Source: Leptonemataceae bacterium
Lineage (GTDB): Bacteria; Spirochaetota; Leptospiria; Leptospirales; Leptonemataceae
Length of the DNA: 64,000 bases
Direction of reading: 5' to 3'
Assembly: GCA_965227295.1 (NCBI GenBank)
Contig: OZ245742.1
Location: 2,688,001 to 2,752,000, forward strand
Shown here one piece after another: positions 10,061-19,979 of this stretch (its first letter is position 1; each line of letters begins with the position of its first letter). The notes under the pieces are model-generated. The model saw only the letters and a program-made list of their open reading frames with translations. It was not told the origin of the DNA and searched no databases. The translations under genes were made by a program, and so were the position numbers.

Positions 10061-10819
10061 ATGGGCGGAATTAAGGCCTCTATCCCCAACCTCTTCACCC
10101 TGGGGAATCTTACACTTGGTTACTTCGCGATTCTTCTGGCGGCGCAGGCCCACTCAAAAGAAGAGCTGCTCACGGTCGCCGCGCTGTTCATTTTGCTCGC
10201 CATGCTCTGCGACGGTCTGGACGGCTTCGCGGCCCGGCTCCTGAACGCGCGCTCGGAACTCGGCGCGCAACTGGACAGCCTCGCGGACCTCACCGCCTTC
10301 GGCATCGCGCCGGCCGTGGTCTTTTACATGTTCGTCCTGCAAGACTACAATTACGAGGCCTCCGCAGATCTTGATATCCCTACCGGCATGCTCATTTCGG
10401 CCGTCTACCCGGCCTGTGCGGCGTACCGCCTGGCCCGGTTCAACGTCGGCACGCCCGAGGGCGGTTTCGTGGGACTGCCTTCGCCCGTGGCCGGTATTAC
10501 CGTCGCGCTCATGCCCCTGGCCTTCGACGAGCTCATCCCGATTCCGGACATCGCGTTGATCGTGGTCTTCGTACTCGCGGCGTTCTTGATGGTGAGTACG
10601 GTGCGCTACGCGAAGCCCCAGGAAGCCCGCTTCTTCAAACGTTTCTCGCGCATGCGTTTGGGCATCCTGTTAGCCTTTCTCATCGGCGTGCTCGTTTTTG
10701 TTGGCTACACCTACGGCAGCGACTACTCCGCCGCCGGCATCTTTACGATCATCACCATCTACACGGCCACGGGCCTGGTCGCGCTGATCTTCCACGCCAT
10801 CCAGAAATATCGAATGTGA
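10061..10819 (+). CDS. pssA: CDP-diacylglycerol--serine O-phosphatidyltransferase
   Basis: IPNLFTLGN, DGLDG..AR..G..LDSLAD CDP-alcohol motif, RLARFN and FVGLPSP. Confidence 0.92.
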   Translation: MGGIKASIPNLFTLGNLTLGYFAILLAAQAHSKEELLTVAALFILLAMLCDGLDGFAARLLNARSELGAQLDSLADLTAFGIAPAVVFYMFVLQDYNYEASADLDIPTGMLISAVYPACAAYRLARFNVGTPEGGFVGLPSPVAGITVALMPLAFDELIPIPDIALIVVFVLAAFLMVSTVRYAKPQEARFFKRFSRMRLGILLAFLIGVLVFVGYTYGSDYSAAGIFTIITIYTATGLVALIFHAIQKYRM

Positions 10820-10822
10820 GAC

Positions 10823-12208
10823 TCAGTAGAGTTCCCAGCGAAACTGCAGTACGCCGAAACTTTGCGGGCGCCGGTTTACGATACGGGACTCCACGAGAAT
10901 GTAGACGTGCCGGTGCTTCAGGCGCAGCACCAGGCCGCCCGCCGCGTCGGGATCGCCGTAGAATCGGAGGCCGGACTCACGATCTCCGCTGCTGCGTAGA
11001 AAAAAGAATGTATGCTCCGCCGGCGTACCGTAGACGGCGCCGACGCTGAACTCCAGGGACGGCTCTCGACTGCGAAAAAAGAGATCCAGTTCCCCGGCGT
11101 GCACGCCGCTGCGCCGACTTTCGAACACCGTGCGTACTCCGAAGTTCTCATCGCGCCACTCCAGCCCCGTGGCGAGAGCATGGTCTGCGAAATCGGAGCC
11201 GGATCCCGGCGGTGCATTTTCCGAATCCACGAGCGAACCATCCGCTACGTTTCGTACGGCGGCATTGTAGTGTCGGCGCTCGTAATAACGTCCGCGCAGA
11301 AGCCAGTGTATGTCGGCGAACGGCAACCGCGGGGTCCAGGCCAGTTCCATGGTTCGAAAACCGTCCGGGCCGCGGTCGAATCCTGCCGCCCCCGCTTCGA
11401 ATCGACGCATCACATTCACAAAAACCTGCCCGAGTCCGGAGCGGCCCTCTCGTTCCGCGTAAACTTCCCCTGAGGATAAGCTAAGATAATCCCAGGTTTC
11501 CTTGCGTTCCGCTTCGATCAGCAGATCCACGTCGCGCTCCGTGCTCCGGGACGACACCTGCGTCTCTTCGGGAACGAACGTCCCCAATCGACCGTAGCCG
11601 GTCCACGTGCGCGGGGAACGAATCAGGTCGGCGTACGCACTCACCCCCGCCAGCGGAACGCCGTGCACCGTAAGCACGGCGTGGCCGGACGGATGGGCCG
11701 CGAGCAAGAGCCGGCGGTCCCAGGCCAGGAAGGCCCCGGGTTGCGATTCCCCGCTCAGCCAGAACGGCCCGGGCACGGCAAAGTGACGGGGCAGCGGCTG
11801 CAGGAAGATCGAAGCGCGATCACGGCCCGCGGGAATCTGCGGGAAGGCGGAATACGCATCCGGGTCGAGGAGAAAGTTCGTGCGCGGTCCCGGCAGGAAA
11901 CGTCGTCCCATCGTCAGCGCTACGAGGTCGTGGGCAAAAGCCGCGGAAACATGCGATGTTTGATGAAAGCGACGTTCCCGGCCGGGATCTTTTTTGATTG
12001 ATCCCCGGGATTCCAGCAGAAATCGATAGTCCAGATCCGCCGGTAAGCGGCCTTCGGGAAACAGGAACAGGACCTGCTCTTCCGCCGGTCGATCGCCCGC
12101 AAAGCCGCCGCCGGTTTCCAGGCGATGGCTCTGAGACTCTCCGGCGAGGTCCGTGGTCGTAAGCAGGATCAGCACGACGGACGCCGACAGCGACATGAAC
12201 GAAGACAT
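10823..12208 (-). CDS. Exported hypothetical protein, possible outer-membrane beta-barrel
   Basis: Long ORF with N-terminal hydrophobic signal and alternating beta-strand patterns; ends GVLQFRWELY. Start uncertain (12196-12223). Confidence 0.65.
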   Translation of the reverse strand: MSSFMSLSASVVLILLTTTDLAGESQSHRLETGGGFAGDRPAEEQVLFLFPEGRLPADLDYRFLLESRGSIKKDPGRERRFHQTSHVSAAFAHDLVALTMGRRFLPGPRTNFLLDPDAYSAFPQIPAGRDRASIFLQPLPRHFAVPGPFWLSGESQPGAFLAWDRRLLLAAHPSGHAVLTVHGVPLAGVSAYADLIRSPRTWTGYGRLGTFVPEETQVSSRSTERDVDLLIEAERKETWDYLSLSSGEVYAEREGRSGLGQVFVNVMRRFEAGAAGFDRGPDGFRTMELAWTPRLPFADIHWLLRGRYYERRHYNAAVRNVADGSLVDSENAPPGSGSDFADHALATGLEWRDENFGVRTVFESRRSGVHAGELDLFFRSREPSLEFSVGAVYGTPAEHTFFFLRSSGDRESGLRFYGDPDAAGGLVLRLKHRHVYILVESRIVNRRPQSFGVLQFRWELY

Positions 12209-12310
12209 GCCGGAGAACGTCAAAAAAGCGTCGATCGTTGCGCATTTTTCCAGCGATGAGTGAAAAAAGCGCCGCCTCGACGCGTCGCCGGATCGTCATC
12301 TTTGCAGCAC

Positions 12311-12871
12311 ATGTCCGAACTCGACCAAAGATTCGCGCGGTTGTATGACCTCAACCGCGACGATCTCTTTGCGTACATCCGCCGCTCCATTCGGGAAGAG
12401 GACACCTCCCTGGACCTCCTGCAAGACGCCTTCTTGAACTTCTGCCGAATCTACCGCGAGCGCGAACTGCCCGGCGACACCGAGTGCCGCATGTACCTCT
12501 TCAAGATCGCGCGCAACCTCATGATCAATCACGGGAAAAAGGTCTATACCCGTCGGGTGGATCTGGTCGAATCTTACGAAGACGGTTCCAGCGTGCAGTA
12601 CGCGAAGGCCGGCCGATCGGAGCGGACACCGGAAGACCAGATCGTCGAGGCCATGGACACCCGGGAGAAAGAGGCCATTCTGGAGGAACTTCTGGAGGAC
12701 CTGGACGAAGAACTGCGGACGATCCTGCTGCTCCGGCACCAGTCCGACCTGCGTCTGGAGGATATTGCCGCGATCATGGACGTTTCCATATCGACGATCT
12801 CGCGCAATCTACAGAAGGCCGAGCGCGCCTTGATGCAGGCCGGAAAAGAGCGAGGACTCACCGAATTGTGA
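12311..12871 (+). CDS. ECF-family RNA polymerase sigma factor
   Basis: DLLQDAF and YLFKIARN (region 2); LEDIAAIMDVSISTISRNL (region 4). Confidence 0.92.
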   Translation: MSELDQRFARLYDLNRDDLFAYIRRSIREEDTSLDLLQDAFLNFCRIYRERELPGDTECRMYLFKIARNLMINHGKKVYTRRVDLVESYEDGSSVQYAKAGRSERTPEDQIVEAMDTREKEAILEELLEDLDEELRTILLLRHQSDLRLEDIAAIMDVSISTISRNLQKAERALMQAGKERGLTEL

Positions 12872-12965
12872 GGAAATCCGTCGTTTTTTTAGAAAAATCT
12901 GCAAAATCACCCTTGCCGTCTTGTTGCAAAAGGTGAGAGGGTTTGAAATACCCTGAGTCATTCTA

Positions 12966-14066
12966 ATGGAATCGCATCCCGAATTTGAACGCTACCGGCG
13001 CCTGCTTGCGGACTATCCGAAGCGAGACCTTCCGGCCTTCGAAGACGTCATGAAGCGTCAGTCGGCGGTTCTGGTGCACCCGGGCGTTCTGGGTATTGAG
13101 ACACGTTCCGACCGGGCCTGGAAGTCCGGCGGCGGATCCGTCGTGCGCTTCCTCCCGCGCCACTGGCAGGTCGCCGCGGCGACCGTCGTTTTCGCGGTGG
13201 GTGCCCTGGCCCTGGGATACGGCTACGCTGTTCAGAGCGCCGGTCTGCGGGCCGCGGTTCTCTACTCCAGCGGTGACGCCGCCTTCATCATCGGCGGCGC
13301 GGATCAGGCGAGCGACCAGGTCGCGGGCAATTTCCGGTCCGGCAGTCTCGAAGCCGGTAAAATCCTTACGGCAGGTTCCGTTCTGCTCACCGGCAAGGGC
13401 GGCAGCGCCGACATCGTTTTCGGCGACGGTGTAGTCCTGCGCATGAAGGAAAACACCCAGCTTAAACTGGAGCGGCTGGAGCCGCGCCCGGCCGGTGGAC
13501 GCTATTTTTACCTGGCCCTGGAGCGAGGCCGCATGTTTGCTGTTACCGAAAAGTTGAACGAAAACGATGTCTTCATCATTCGCACGGCGGATGCTCTGGT
13601 GGACGTGGATCGTACGGCTTTTCGGATGAGTGCAGGGGACGACGGCACGGTCGTCCACCTCATGCGCGGTCATCTGGATCTTCGCCCCCGCAAAGGCGGG
13701 TCGGCCTCCGTGGCCCTCGGGCCCCGGCATGTCGCGCGAGTGCGCGAAACGGAAGAACGTCCCATCCTGACGCGGGCCCCGGATATGCTGTTCACGGATG
13801 CGCGGGAACTCTATGAGGTTTCCCGGCGCTCCACCCATGTGGCACCGTCGGCTCTGGCGTATCTCGGCGTCGGCGGACGGCCTGTGGTCGGCGGAGCGGT
13901 GTATACGACGGCGGGACCGCGGACCTCGATCGAACTGCGGGACGGTTCTTCCCTCGAAGGGGATATGGTCTCATTAGTAGGACGGCGGGTGTCCTTCCAG
14001 GCGGAAGGCGGCCGCAACTATTCGCTCGATGTGAGCGATATCAAAGGCATTCACTACATGCGGTGA
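12966..14066 (+). CDS. FecR-domain membrane protein (putative anti-sigma factor)
   Basis: Short cytoplasmic N-terminus, one TM and a FecR domain (FGDGVVLRMKENT; IRTADALVDVDRTAF). Follows the ECF gene. Confidence 0.82.
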   Translation: MESHPEFERYRRLLADYPKRDLPAFEDVMKRQSAVLVHPGVLGIETRSDRAWKSGGGSVVRFLPRHWQVAAATVVFAVGALALGYGYAVQSAGLRAAVLYSSGDAAFIIGGADQASDQVAGNFRSGSLEAGKILTAGSVLLTGKGGSADIVFGDGVVLRMKENTQLKLERLEPRPAGGRYFYLALERGRMFAVTEKLNENDVFIIRTADALVDVDRTAFRMSAGDDGTVVHLMRGHLDLRPRKGGSASVALGPRHVARVRETEERPILTRAPDMLFTDARELYEVSRRSTHVAPSALAYLGVGGRPVVGGAVYTTAGPRTSIELRDGSSLEGDMVSLVGRRVSFQAEGGRNYSLDVSDIKGIHYMR

Positions 14067-14144
14067 ATGCAGAAGCAACGACCTGAATAGAATTAGGAAA
14101 TATATATGATTTCTGCAAGTATTCACAGGAAAGGAGAAGGAGCT

Positions 14145-15272
14145 ATGGTGAACGGAAAACGTTTCGCCCGTTTACTGGCAGTCGCGATTCTCGCGGTGGC
14201 GGTAATCGGAGCGGCAAACTGCGGTAAAGACGAGCCCACCGGCGTACAGCGCTCCATGATCATTGTATTCGCTTCCGGCGATGCCATGATTGTTCGGAAC
14301 GGAGAAGAGCTGCCCGCAAAAGTCGGTATGGTGGTGAACGAGAACGACGTTCTCAAAACCACGAACGGCACGGTGGATTTACAAACGAAGAACGGAAGTG
14401 CAGTGCGCATTCGCAACTACACGACCGTTACGATTTCGAAACTCTACGGTGATGGCAGCGCCGATACCCGTCTGAGCATGAAGCACGGCGGCCTTATGGC
14501 TTCCGTACAACGTAAGTCGAGCAAAGAAAACTTCACGGTTACGACCCCGACCGCAATCGCTGGTGTGCGCGGCACGACCTTCACGGTGGAAAGCAATGAA
14601 GGCGAGCCTGCGCGCGTAAAAGTGATCGACGGTAAAGTGGCAATGGCACCGCGAGTGGCTGCGCTTGAAAAGTATTCGGACGAAGAAATCCAGGCGAACG
14701 AAAACCTGAAGAAGCTGAAAGATCTTCAGTCGAAGCAGGAAGTCGTTCTGGAAGAGCGCACCGAAGCGGTCATCGAAGCCGATGTGGCCAGCAAGATGGA
14801 AGACCTGAACAACAAGATCGAGTCCGGCGAAGTCAGCGATGAAGAAGCGGTAGCTATGGCAGCCACGGCAACTAAGACGCTGGAAGCGAAAGATGAGACG
14901 GTTGCGATGGTTCGTTCGGAGGTTACCACCGAGGAATTGGCTGAAAAAGCAACCCTCGTAACGGTCGATGAAGACGTGGCTTCTCGCGCCCGCGAAGGCG
15001 ATGAGAGCGCTCTCGAAGAGATGAAGCGTCAGCGTGACGCGAAGCAAGAACTCGTTCTGAATCAGATCGAAGAAGAAGCTTCTCGCACGGAACTGAAGTC
15101 CGAAGAAGAGATTCGCCAGCACTATAACAAGCTGGAAACCCTGAATCTCCGCAACGGCGATCAGATGACGGGTGCGGTTATCGCACAAACCGGCAACGTT
15201 CTGATCGTGCACACCCCGAAAGGAGTGCGCCGTCTGAAAACGAGCGAAGTCGAGTTCATCACGTATCCGTAA
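14145..15272 (+). CDS. FecR-domain lipoprotein, LipL45-like
   Basis: Strong RBS AAGGAG, lipobox GAAN-C, TPTAIAGVRGTTF FecR motif and C-terminal LRNGDQMTGAVI module. Codon usage resembles a highly expressed gene. Confidence 0.85.
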   Translation: MVNGKRFARLLAVAILAVAVIGAANCGKDEPTGVQRSMIIVFASGDAMIVRNGEELPAKVGMVVNENDVLKTTNGTVDLQTKNGSAVRIRNYTTVTISKLYGDGSADTRLSMKHGGLMASVQRKSSKENFTVTTPTAIAGVRGTTFTVESNEGEPARVKVIDGKVAMAPRVAALEKYSDEEIQANENLKKLKDLQSKQEVVLEERTEAVIEADVASKMEDLNNKIESGEVSDEEAVAMAATATKTLEAKDETVAMVRSEVTTEELAEKATLVTVDEDVASRAREGDESALEEMKRQRDAKQELVLNQIEEEASRTELKSEEEIRQHYNKLETLNLRNGDQMTGAVIAQTGNVLIVHTPKGVRRLKTSEVEFITYP

Positions 15273-15296
15273 TACGGAGCGAGTTGATCGAAACGG

Positions 15297-15328
15297 AAGC
15301 GAGCGGTGTGAGCCGCTCGCTTTTTTTT
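15297..15328 (+). terminator. Rho-independent terminator after the LipL45-like gene
   Basis: AAGCGAGCGG-tgtgag-CCGCTCGC followed by T8. Confidence 0.9.
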
Positions 15329-15385
15329 GCCCGGCCTTTTTTGTTGCATTCCGCCCCGCGTGTACCCTACATTAAATAGTACCCT

Positions 15386-15607
15386 ATGGGAGAGCAGGAT
15401 TACCAGGCCATGGTCGACCTGAACCGGCTGATGCGGCCGGCGATGGTCTGTGTATGCCGCCGCGTGCCCGAGGAACGCATCCGCGACGCGGTGGAAAACC
15501 GCGGAGCACGGAGCTTCGACGAGGTGCAGGCCATCACGAACTGCTCCACGGGCTGCGGAACCTGCGAGTCCGAGGTTCGCGCCCTCATCAAAAAGTACCG
15601 GAATTAG
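15386..15607 (+). CDS. BFD-like (2Fe-2S)-binding protein
   Basis: VCVC...CSTGCGTC pattern; 73 aa. Confidence 0.88.
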   Translation: MGEQDYQAMVDLNRLMRPAMVCVCRRVPEERIRDAVENRGARSFDEVQAITNCSTGCGTCESEVRALIKKYRN

Positions 15608-15644
15608 TTGCCAGTGCGGGTTTGGATCGCATCCTGGCACCGTT

Positions 15645-16304
15645 ATGGCCGAATATCTGAGCTGGTCCCGATTGTTCGAATCGGGCGGGCCGACCCTCCT
15701 TATCTTACTGATCTGTTCGATCGTTTCCTTTGTCGTCATCATCGAACGTTTCGTCTACTTTAACGCAAAGCGCGTTTCCGTTGTCGATTTTCTCGCGAAG
15801 TTCCTGGAACGACTCGGCAATGCCGGCGTACTGCATCCCCGGGACGAGGAAGACTATCGCAAAACGCCCGTGGGTTATGTGCTCGTCGAATGTCACGAGT
15901 CGGTGCGGGAACGTGCCGACGGCGAGGACTTTGATCGTCGCTTCGATGAAACGAAGAGCCGCGCCATCGCCGAAAAGCTGCCGGACATGGATCGTTATCT
16001 GGGCATTGTGGCGACCCTGGGGACGGTGAGCCCCTACATTGGTCTGTTGGGCACGGTCTTCGGCATCATTCGGGCCTTCATGAGCCTGGGCGGTGATCCT
16101 TCCGCGGAATCGGCGGCCAGCATGAATGAACTGAACGCCGGCATTGCCGAGGCGCTCATTGCAACGGCGGCCGGGCTGTTCGTTGCCATCCCGGCTACGA
16201 TTGCGTACAACTTTTTTCGGCGCCGGGCGAACGCTCTGGTCCTCGACATGGAAATCGCGGCGAGCCGGTTGAAGAGCGCGCTGCTGGCTAATCGCAAGGG
16301 CTGA
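15645..16304 (+). CDS. MotA/TolQ/ExbB proton channel family protein
   Basis: SPYIGLLGTVFGII and GIAEALIATAAGLFVAIPA. Confidence 0.93.
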   Translation: MAEYLSWSRLFESGGPTLLILLICSIVSFVVIIERFVYFNAKRVSVVDFLAKFLERLGNAGVLHPRDEEDYRKTPVGYVLVECHESVRERADGEDFDRRFDETKSRAIAEKLPDMDRYLGIVATLGTVSPYIGLLGTVFGIIRAFMSLGGDPSAESAASMNELNAGIAEALIATAAGLFVAIPATIAYNFFRRRANALVLDMEIAASRLKSALLANRKG

Positions 16305-16317
16305 ACTTACGCATCGT

Positions 16318-16731
16318 ATGATCGACTATCGTAAATACCAGGAAGGCGAGGGCCTCTTCAGCGGCATCAACATTGTGCCGTTTACGGACGTGGTGCTCGT
16401 GCTGCTGATCATCTTTATGATCGCGGCGCCGGGTCTTTTGAGCGCGGGCCTGAACATCTCGTTGCCGGGGGCTTCGTCGGCGGACCCCGACGTTCCGGCC
16501 ACCGTGACCGTGGGCCTCGATCGTGACGGGCGCATTTTTCTGGATGGGCGCGGGCTCAAGGACGCGGCGGATCTTACCGCGGAGATCAAGGCCCTGGTTG
16601 AGAAGCGAGCGGACCTGGGCGTCGTGGTGAACGCGGACTCGGCGGCCCGTCACGGTCGTGTCGTAGAAGTGATGGACGGTTTACGAAATTCCGGCGTGAA
16701 TAAGATTTATGTCGGGACCGTTCAGAAGTGA
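16318..16731 (+). CDS. ExbD/TolR family protein
   Basis: INIVPFTDVVLVLLIIFMI and NAD....HG.VV.VMD. Confidence 0.93.
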   Translation: MIDYRKYQEGEGLFSGINIVPFTDVVLVLLIIFMIAAPGLLSAGLNISLPGASSADPDVPATVTVGLDRDGRIFLDGRGLKDAADLTAEIKALVEKRADLGVVVNADSAARHGRVVEVMDGLRNSGVNKIYVGTVQK

Positions 16732-18097
16732 CGTTGAAGAGTTCCTGCGCCGACTGCGCTCCGACTTCGGCTTTGCCATCAGCACTGCCGTCTTCCTGAT
16801 TCCTCCCGCCCTGTTGCTGTGCGAGGCGCTGCTGATCGCGCGTCGGCCCCTGTTTTTTGTTACGTTCTTTCTCGCCGGAACCGGCGCGGAGTTTCTCCTC
16901 GATCTCTTGCTGCGTCGTTTCCTGTACCGCGGTTGGATCAACCGTCGGCGTTTTTTCTTTTATCAGTATCTGGTGCGGACGATCATCGGTCTGCCGTTTA
17001 CAATTTACCTTTCCCTGGGCGCCGCGACGCCGCTGCCCGGTCTCTTTCGTTTTCTGCCGGTCCTGGTGCTGGTGGATCGTTCACGTCTGGTCAGTCAGTT
17101 CGCGGGCCAGGTAACGTTCTTCGCGGCGGGGGTCTTTGCGTACGCGTTGCTGGTGGACCTCGGCCTGCCGGATGAGCGCGGCTGGATCGTACTCATCGCG
17201 TACTCCGGATTGGCGGCGCTACTCGGCGTGGAGTTGCAGCGTCGCGGAAGTGCGCGCCTGGCGCGGGCCCGACTGCGGCGCGAACGCGGGCTCTGGCATT
17301 TGCGTTATGATCATATCGCGGCGCGGGAAGAACGGTTGCTGCGTTCAATCTTACCGGAAGCGGATGTGCGTCGACGCCAGGCGGATCGTGAGGTTGCGAT
17401 CGAAGCCGGGGAGTTTCTGGTACTCGCGATGTCTTTCCCGGGCCTGCATGCAGCGGGGCAAGACGCGCGGGACGCCGGCGACGAGGCCGTCCTGGAGTTG
17501 CAGCGGTCCTGGGATTTACAATACGATCACCTGCGTCGGCGCCTGGAGGATCAGGGTTTCGTCGTGAACCTGGACGGCATGATGCTGCAGGCCGCGCGTC
17601 GCCTGGATCGTGATAGCGGGGAGCTGGAAGAACTGCTGTTTCCCCTCGTGTTCGAAGCACGAGAGTTGCTGCGTCTGGTTGCCCGGGACCGGCGTGCCCG
17701 GGAAGGGCGCGGTCGTCGCGGCTGGCGGGCCGAGGCTGCCATCGCCGCCGGCTCCTGCGTGCGCGGGCGCAGGAGTTCCTACCATCCGGCTCCGGCTTTC
17801 CGCGGGCCGGTCATGGACGAACTGGAGCGGCGGCTGCTTTTCGTTCCCGCACTGAATCAGACCGCGTTCCTGGCGGATGAGCGCAACGTGGAGCGGGCCG
17901 GAGAACGTCTCCTGGTGCATCCGGACCTGGCGGCGTGGGTGCGGCCCTACTTCGCGGCCGGGGACGGGGTCTTCGATCAGAAGTGGTTTATTCCCGGACT
18001 CATCCATCCGAATTACTCGATAGGGGCCGAAGGCCTCGAAGCCGTGCCTGATATCCTGGAACGGATTCGGTTTGAGCGCAAGCAGCGCTCTGTTTAG
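16709..18097 (+). CDS. Multi-TM protein with a degenerate class III nucleotidyl-cyclase-like domain
   Basis: About 6 TM segments, then the signalling-helix motif ERLLRSILPE and cyclase-like spacing. Catalytic Asp motifs are not recognisable. Confidence 0.55.
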   Translation: MSGPFRSDVEEFLRRLRSDFGFAISTAVFLIPPALLLCEALLIARRPLFFVTFFLAGTGAEFLLDLLLRRFLYRGWINRRRFFFYQYLVRTIIGLPFTIYLSLGAATPLPGLFRFLPVLVLVDRSRLVSQFAGQVTFFAAGVFAYALLVDLGLPDERGWIVLIAYSGLAALLGVELQRRGSARLARARLRRERGLWHLRYDHIAAREERLLRSILPEADVRRRQADREVAIEAGEFLVLAMSFPGLHAAGQDARDAGDEAVLELQRSWDLQYDHLRRRLEDQGFVVNLDGMMLQAARRLDRDSGELEELLFPLVFEARELLRLVARDRRAREGRGRRGWRAEAAIAAGSCVRGRRSSYHPAPAFRGPVMDELERRLLFVPALNQTAFLADERNVERAGERLLVHPDLAAWVRPYFAAGDGVFDQKWFIPGLIHPNYSIGAEGLEAVPDILERIRFERKQRSV

Positions 18098-18159
18098 TAC
18101 TTGTCAGGCCCGGGGAACGGCTCATCCTTCCCTCTCCGGAGCACGTCTCCAGACTTTCC

Positions 18160-19344
18160 ATGCAAGAATCCCAGAAAGACGCGTTGGCCGATACCGATCT
18201 CCAGGATCAAAGCATCAAAGACTATGAGTCGGACCTGGGCGTTACCCGTCAGGAAATCGCCCGGTTGCCCGGCATGCAGACCGAGTCCGGCTTCGAGTTC
18301 GAGGAACTCGACCTGGCCTACATGACCCTCGGCAAGCTCTCACCGGAAAAAGACAACGCCATCCTCATCTGTCACGCCCTCTCCGGGAACGCCCACGTTG
18401 CCGGTCTGGACGAGAGCAGTGGCCGGCCGGGCTGGTGGGATTTCCACGTAGGCCCGGGCAAGACCATCGACACCGATCGCTTTTTTGTAATCTGCTCGAA
18501 CGTGATCGGCGGTTGCAACGGCTCCACCGGCCCGTCATCGATGAACCCCGCGACCGGCGAACGCTACGGCATGGAGTTCCCGCCGGTCAGCATTCGCGAT
18601 ATGGTCCGGGCGCAAACGATGCTGATGGACCGATTGGGCATTGATCGTTTGTTCGCGACCATCGGCGGTTCCATGGGCGGCATGCAGGGCATGGTGTGGG
18701 CTACGAATTATCCGGAGCGGGTGCGCAACTGCATTCCCATCGCCTCGTCCATGGCGCACTCGGCCATGCAAATCGCTTTCAACGAGGTGGGCCGTCAGGC
18801 CATCATAACCGATCCGAACTGGAACGACGGCGACTACTACAACGCGAACGGCCCCGAACACGGCCTGGCCGTGGCGCGTATGGTCGGCCACGTTACGTAC
18901 CTGAGCGAGTACTCCATGCACCAGAAGTTCGGCCGGCGCTTGCAGCGCGCCGCGTCGCCGGAGGATTTATTCCCGGCTTTTTTTTCCGTGGAGAGTTATC
19001 TGCAATACCAGGGCGAGTCCTTCGTACGCCGTTTCGATCCGAACTCGTATCTCTACATTACGAAGGCCCTGGACATGTTTGATGTGCTGGACGGGCGGCC
19101 GTCGAACGAGGTCTTCGGCGATCTGCCGGTGCAGTTCCTGGTCATTTCGTTCGAGTCGGACTGGCTGTATCCTCCGTCCCAGTCCCGGGATCTGGTGCGG
19201 GCGATCAAACGCGCCAACGGTCGCGCGACCTATGTGAACCTGGAGACGCCCTACGGCCACGACTCGTTCTTGATCAAGAATCCCGAGTTTCATCGCATCG
19301 TGCATAACTATCTGAATCAGGACTACCTGCGCAGCCGTTTATGA
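18160..19344 (+). CDS. metX: Homoserine O-acetyltransferase
   Basis: CHALSG, GGCNGSTGP, nucleophile GGSMGGMQ, SDWLYP and GHDSFL. Confidence 0.95.
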   Translation: MQESQKDALADTDLQDQSIKDYESDLGVTRQEIARLPGMQTESGFEFEELDLAYMTLGKLSPEKDNAILICHALSGNAHVAGLDESSGRPGWWDFHVGPGKTIDTDRFFVICSNVIGGCNGSTGPSSMNPATGERYGMEFPPVSIRDMVRAQTMLMDRLGIDRLFATIGGSMGGMQGMVWATNYPERVRNCIPIASSMAHSAMQIAFNEVGRQAIITDPNWNDGDYYNANGPEHGLAVARMVGHVTYLSEYSMHQKFGRRLQRAASPEDLFPAFFSVESYLQYQGESFVRRFDPNSYLYITKALDMFDVLDGRPSNEVFGDLPVQFLVISFESDWLYPPSQSRDLVRAIKRANGRATYVNLETPYGHDSFLIKNPEFHRIVHNYLNQDYLRSRL

Positions 19345-19967
19345 ATATGAGAAGTTCGGGTCTGCCTTCGGGAGGCATGAATCAATTCTTGTACGATCGG
19401 GTTATTGATTGGGTGCCGGCGGGTTCCCGGGTCCTGGACCTGGGATCGGGGGACGGCTCTTTTCTGGAACGCCTGGTGAAAGCGAAGGACGTGCGCGGCG
19501 AGGGCGTGGAGAAGGACGCGGAGTTGGTGGCGCGCAGCATTGAGCGCGGTATGATTGTCCACCAGGGCGACATCCTCGAAGGCCTCGACCAGTACGGCTC
19601 GCAAACGTTCGATTACATTCTTATGCTCGGAACGTTCCAGGAACTCATGGCTCCGGACGCCGTGTTGAGGGAGAGTTTTCGCGTGGGGCGCTTCGTGATT
19701 CTCGCCTACGTGAACTTAGCATACTGGCGGTATCGCTTCCAGTTGATGTGGGGCGGAGTCACGCCGCGCCTGGAAACCATGCCGGTGCCGTGGTACGAAA
19801 GTCCGAACATTCAGTTTTTCTCGATTGTAGACTTTCGCGAGTTCTGCGTAGCCCGGGGCATCGAACGCCATGAGTCCGCGTACTTCAATTCTTTCGGTCA
19901 CGTGCATTTCATGCCGAACTTTCGCGCCAAAGAAGCGCTGTCGTTGATCAGCCAGGAGGAGGCTTAG
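19341..19967 (+). CDS. metW: Methionine biosynthesis protein MetW
   Basis: VLDLGSGDG SAM motif and PWYESPNI; overlaps the metX stop. Confidence 0.92.
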   Translation: MNMRSSGLPSGGMNQFLYDRVIDWVPAGSRVLDLGSGDGSFLERLVKAKDVRGEGVEKDAELVARSIERGMIVHQGDILEGLDQYGSQTFDYILMLGTFQELMAPDAVLRESFRVGRFVILAYVNLAYWRYRFQLMWGGVTPRLETMPVPWYESPNIQFFSIVDFREFCVARGIERHESAYFNSFGHVHFMPNFRAKEALSLISQEEA

Positions 19968-19979
19968 TCCGCGCGAATC

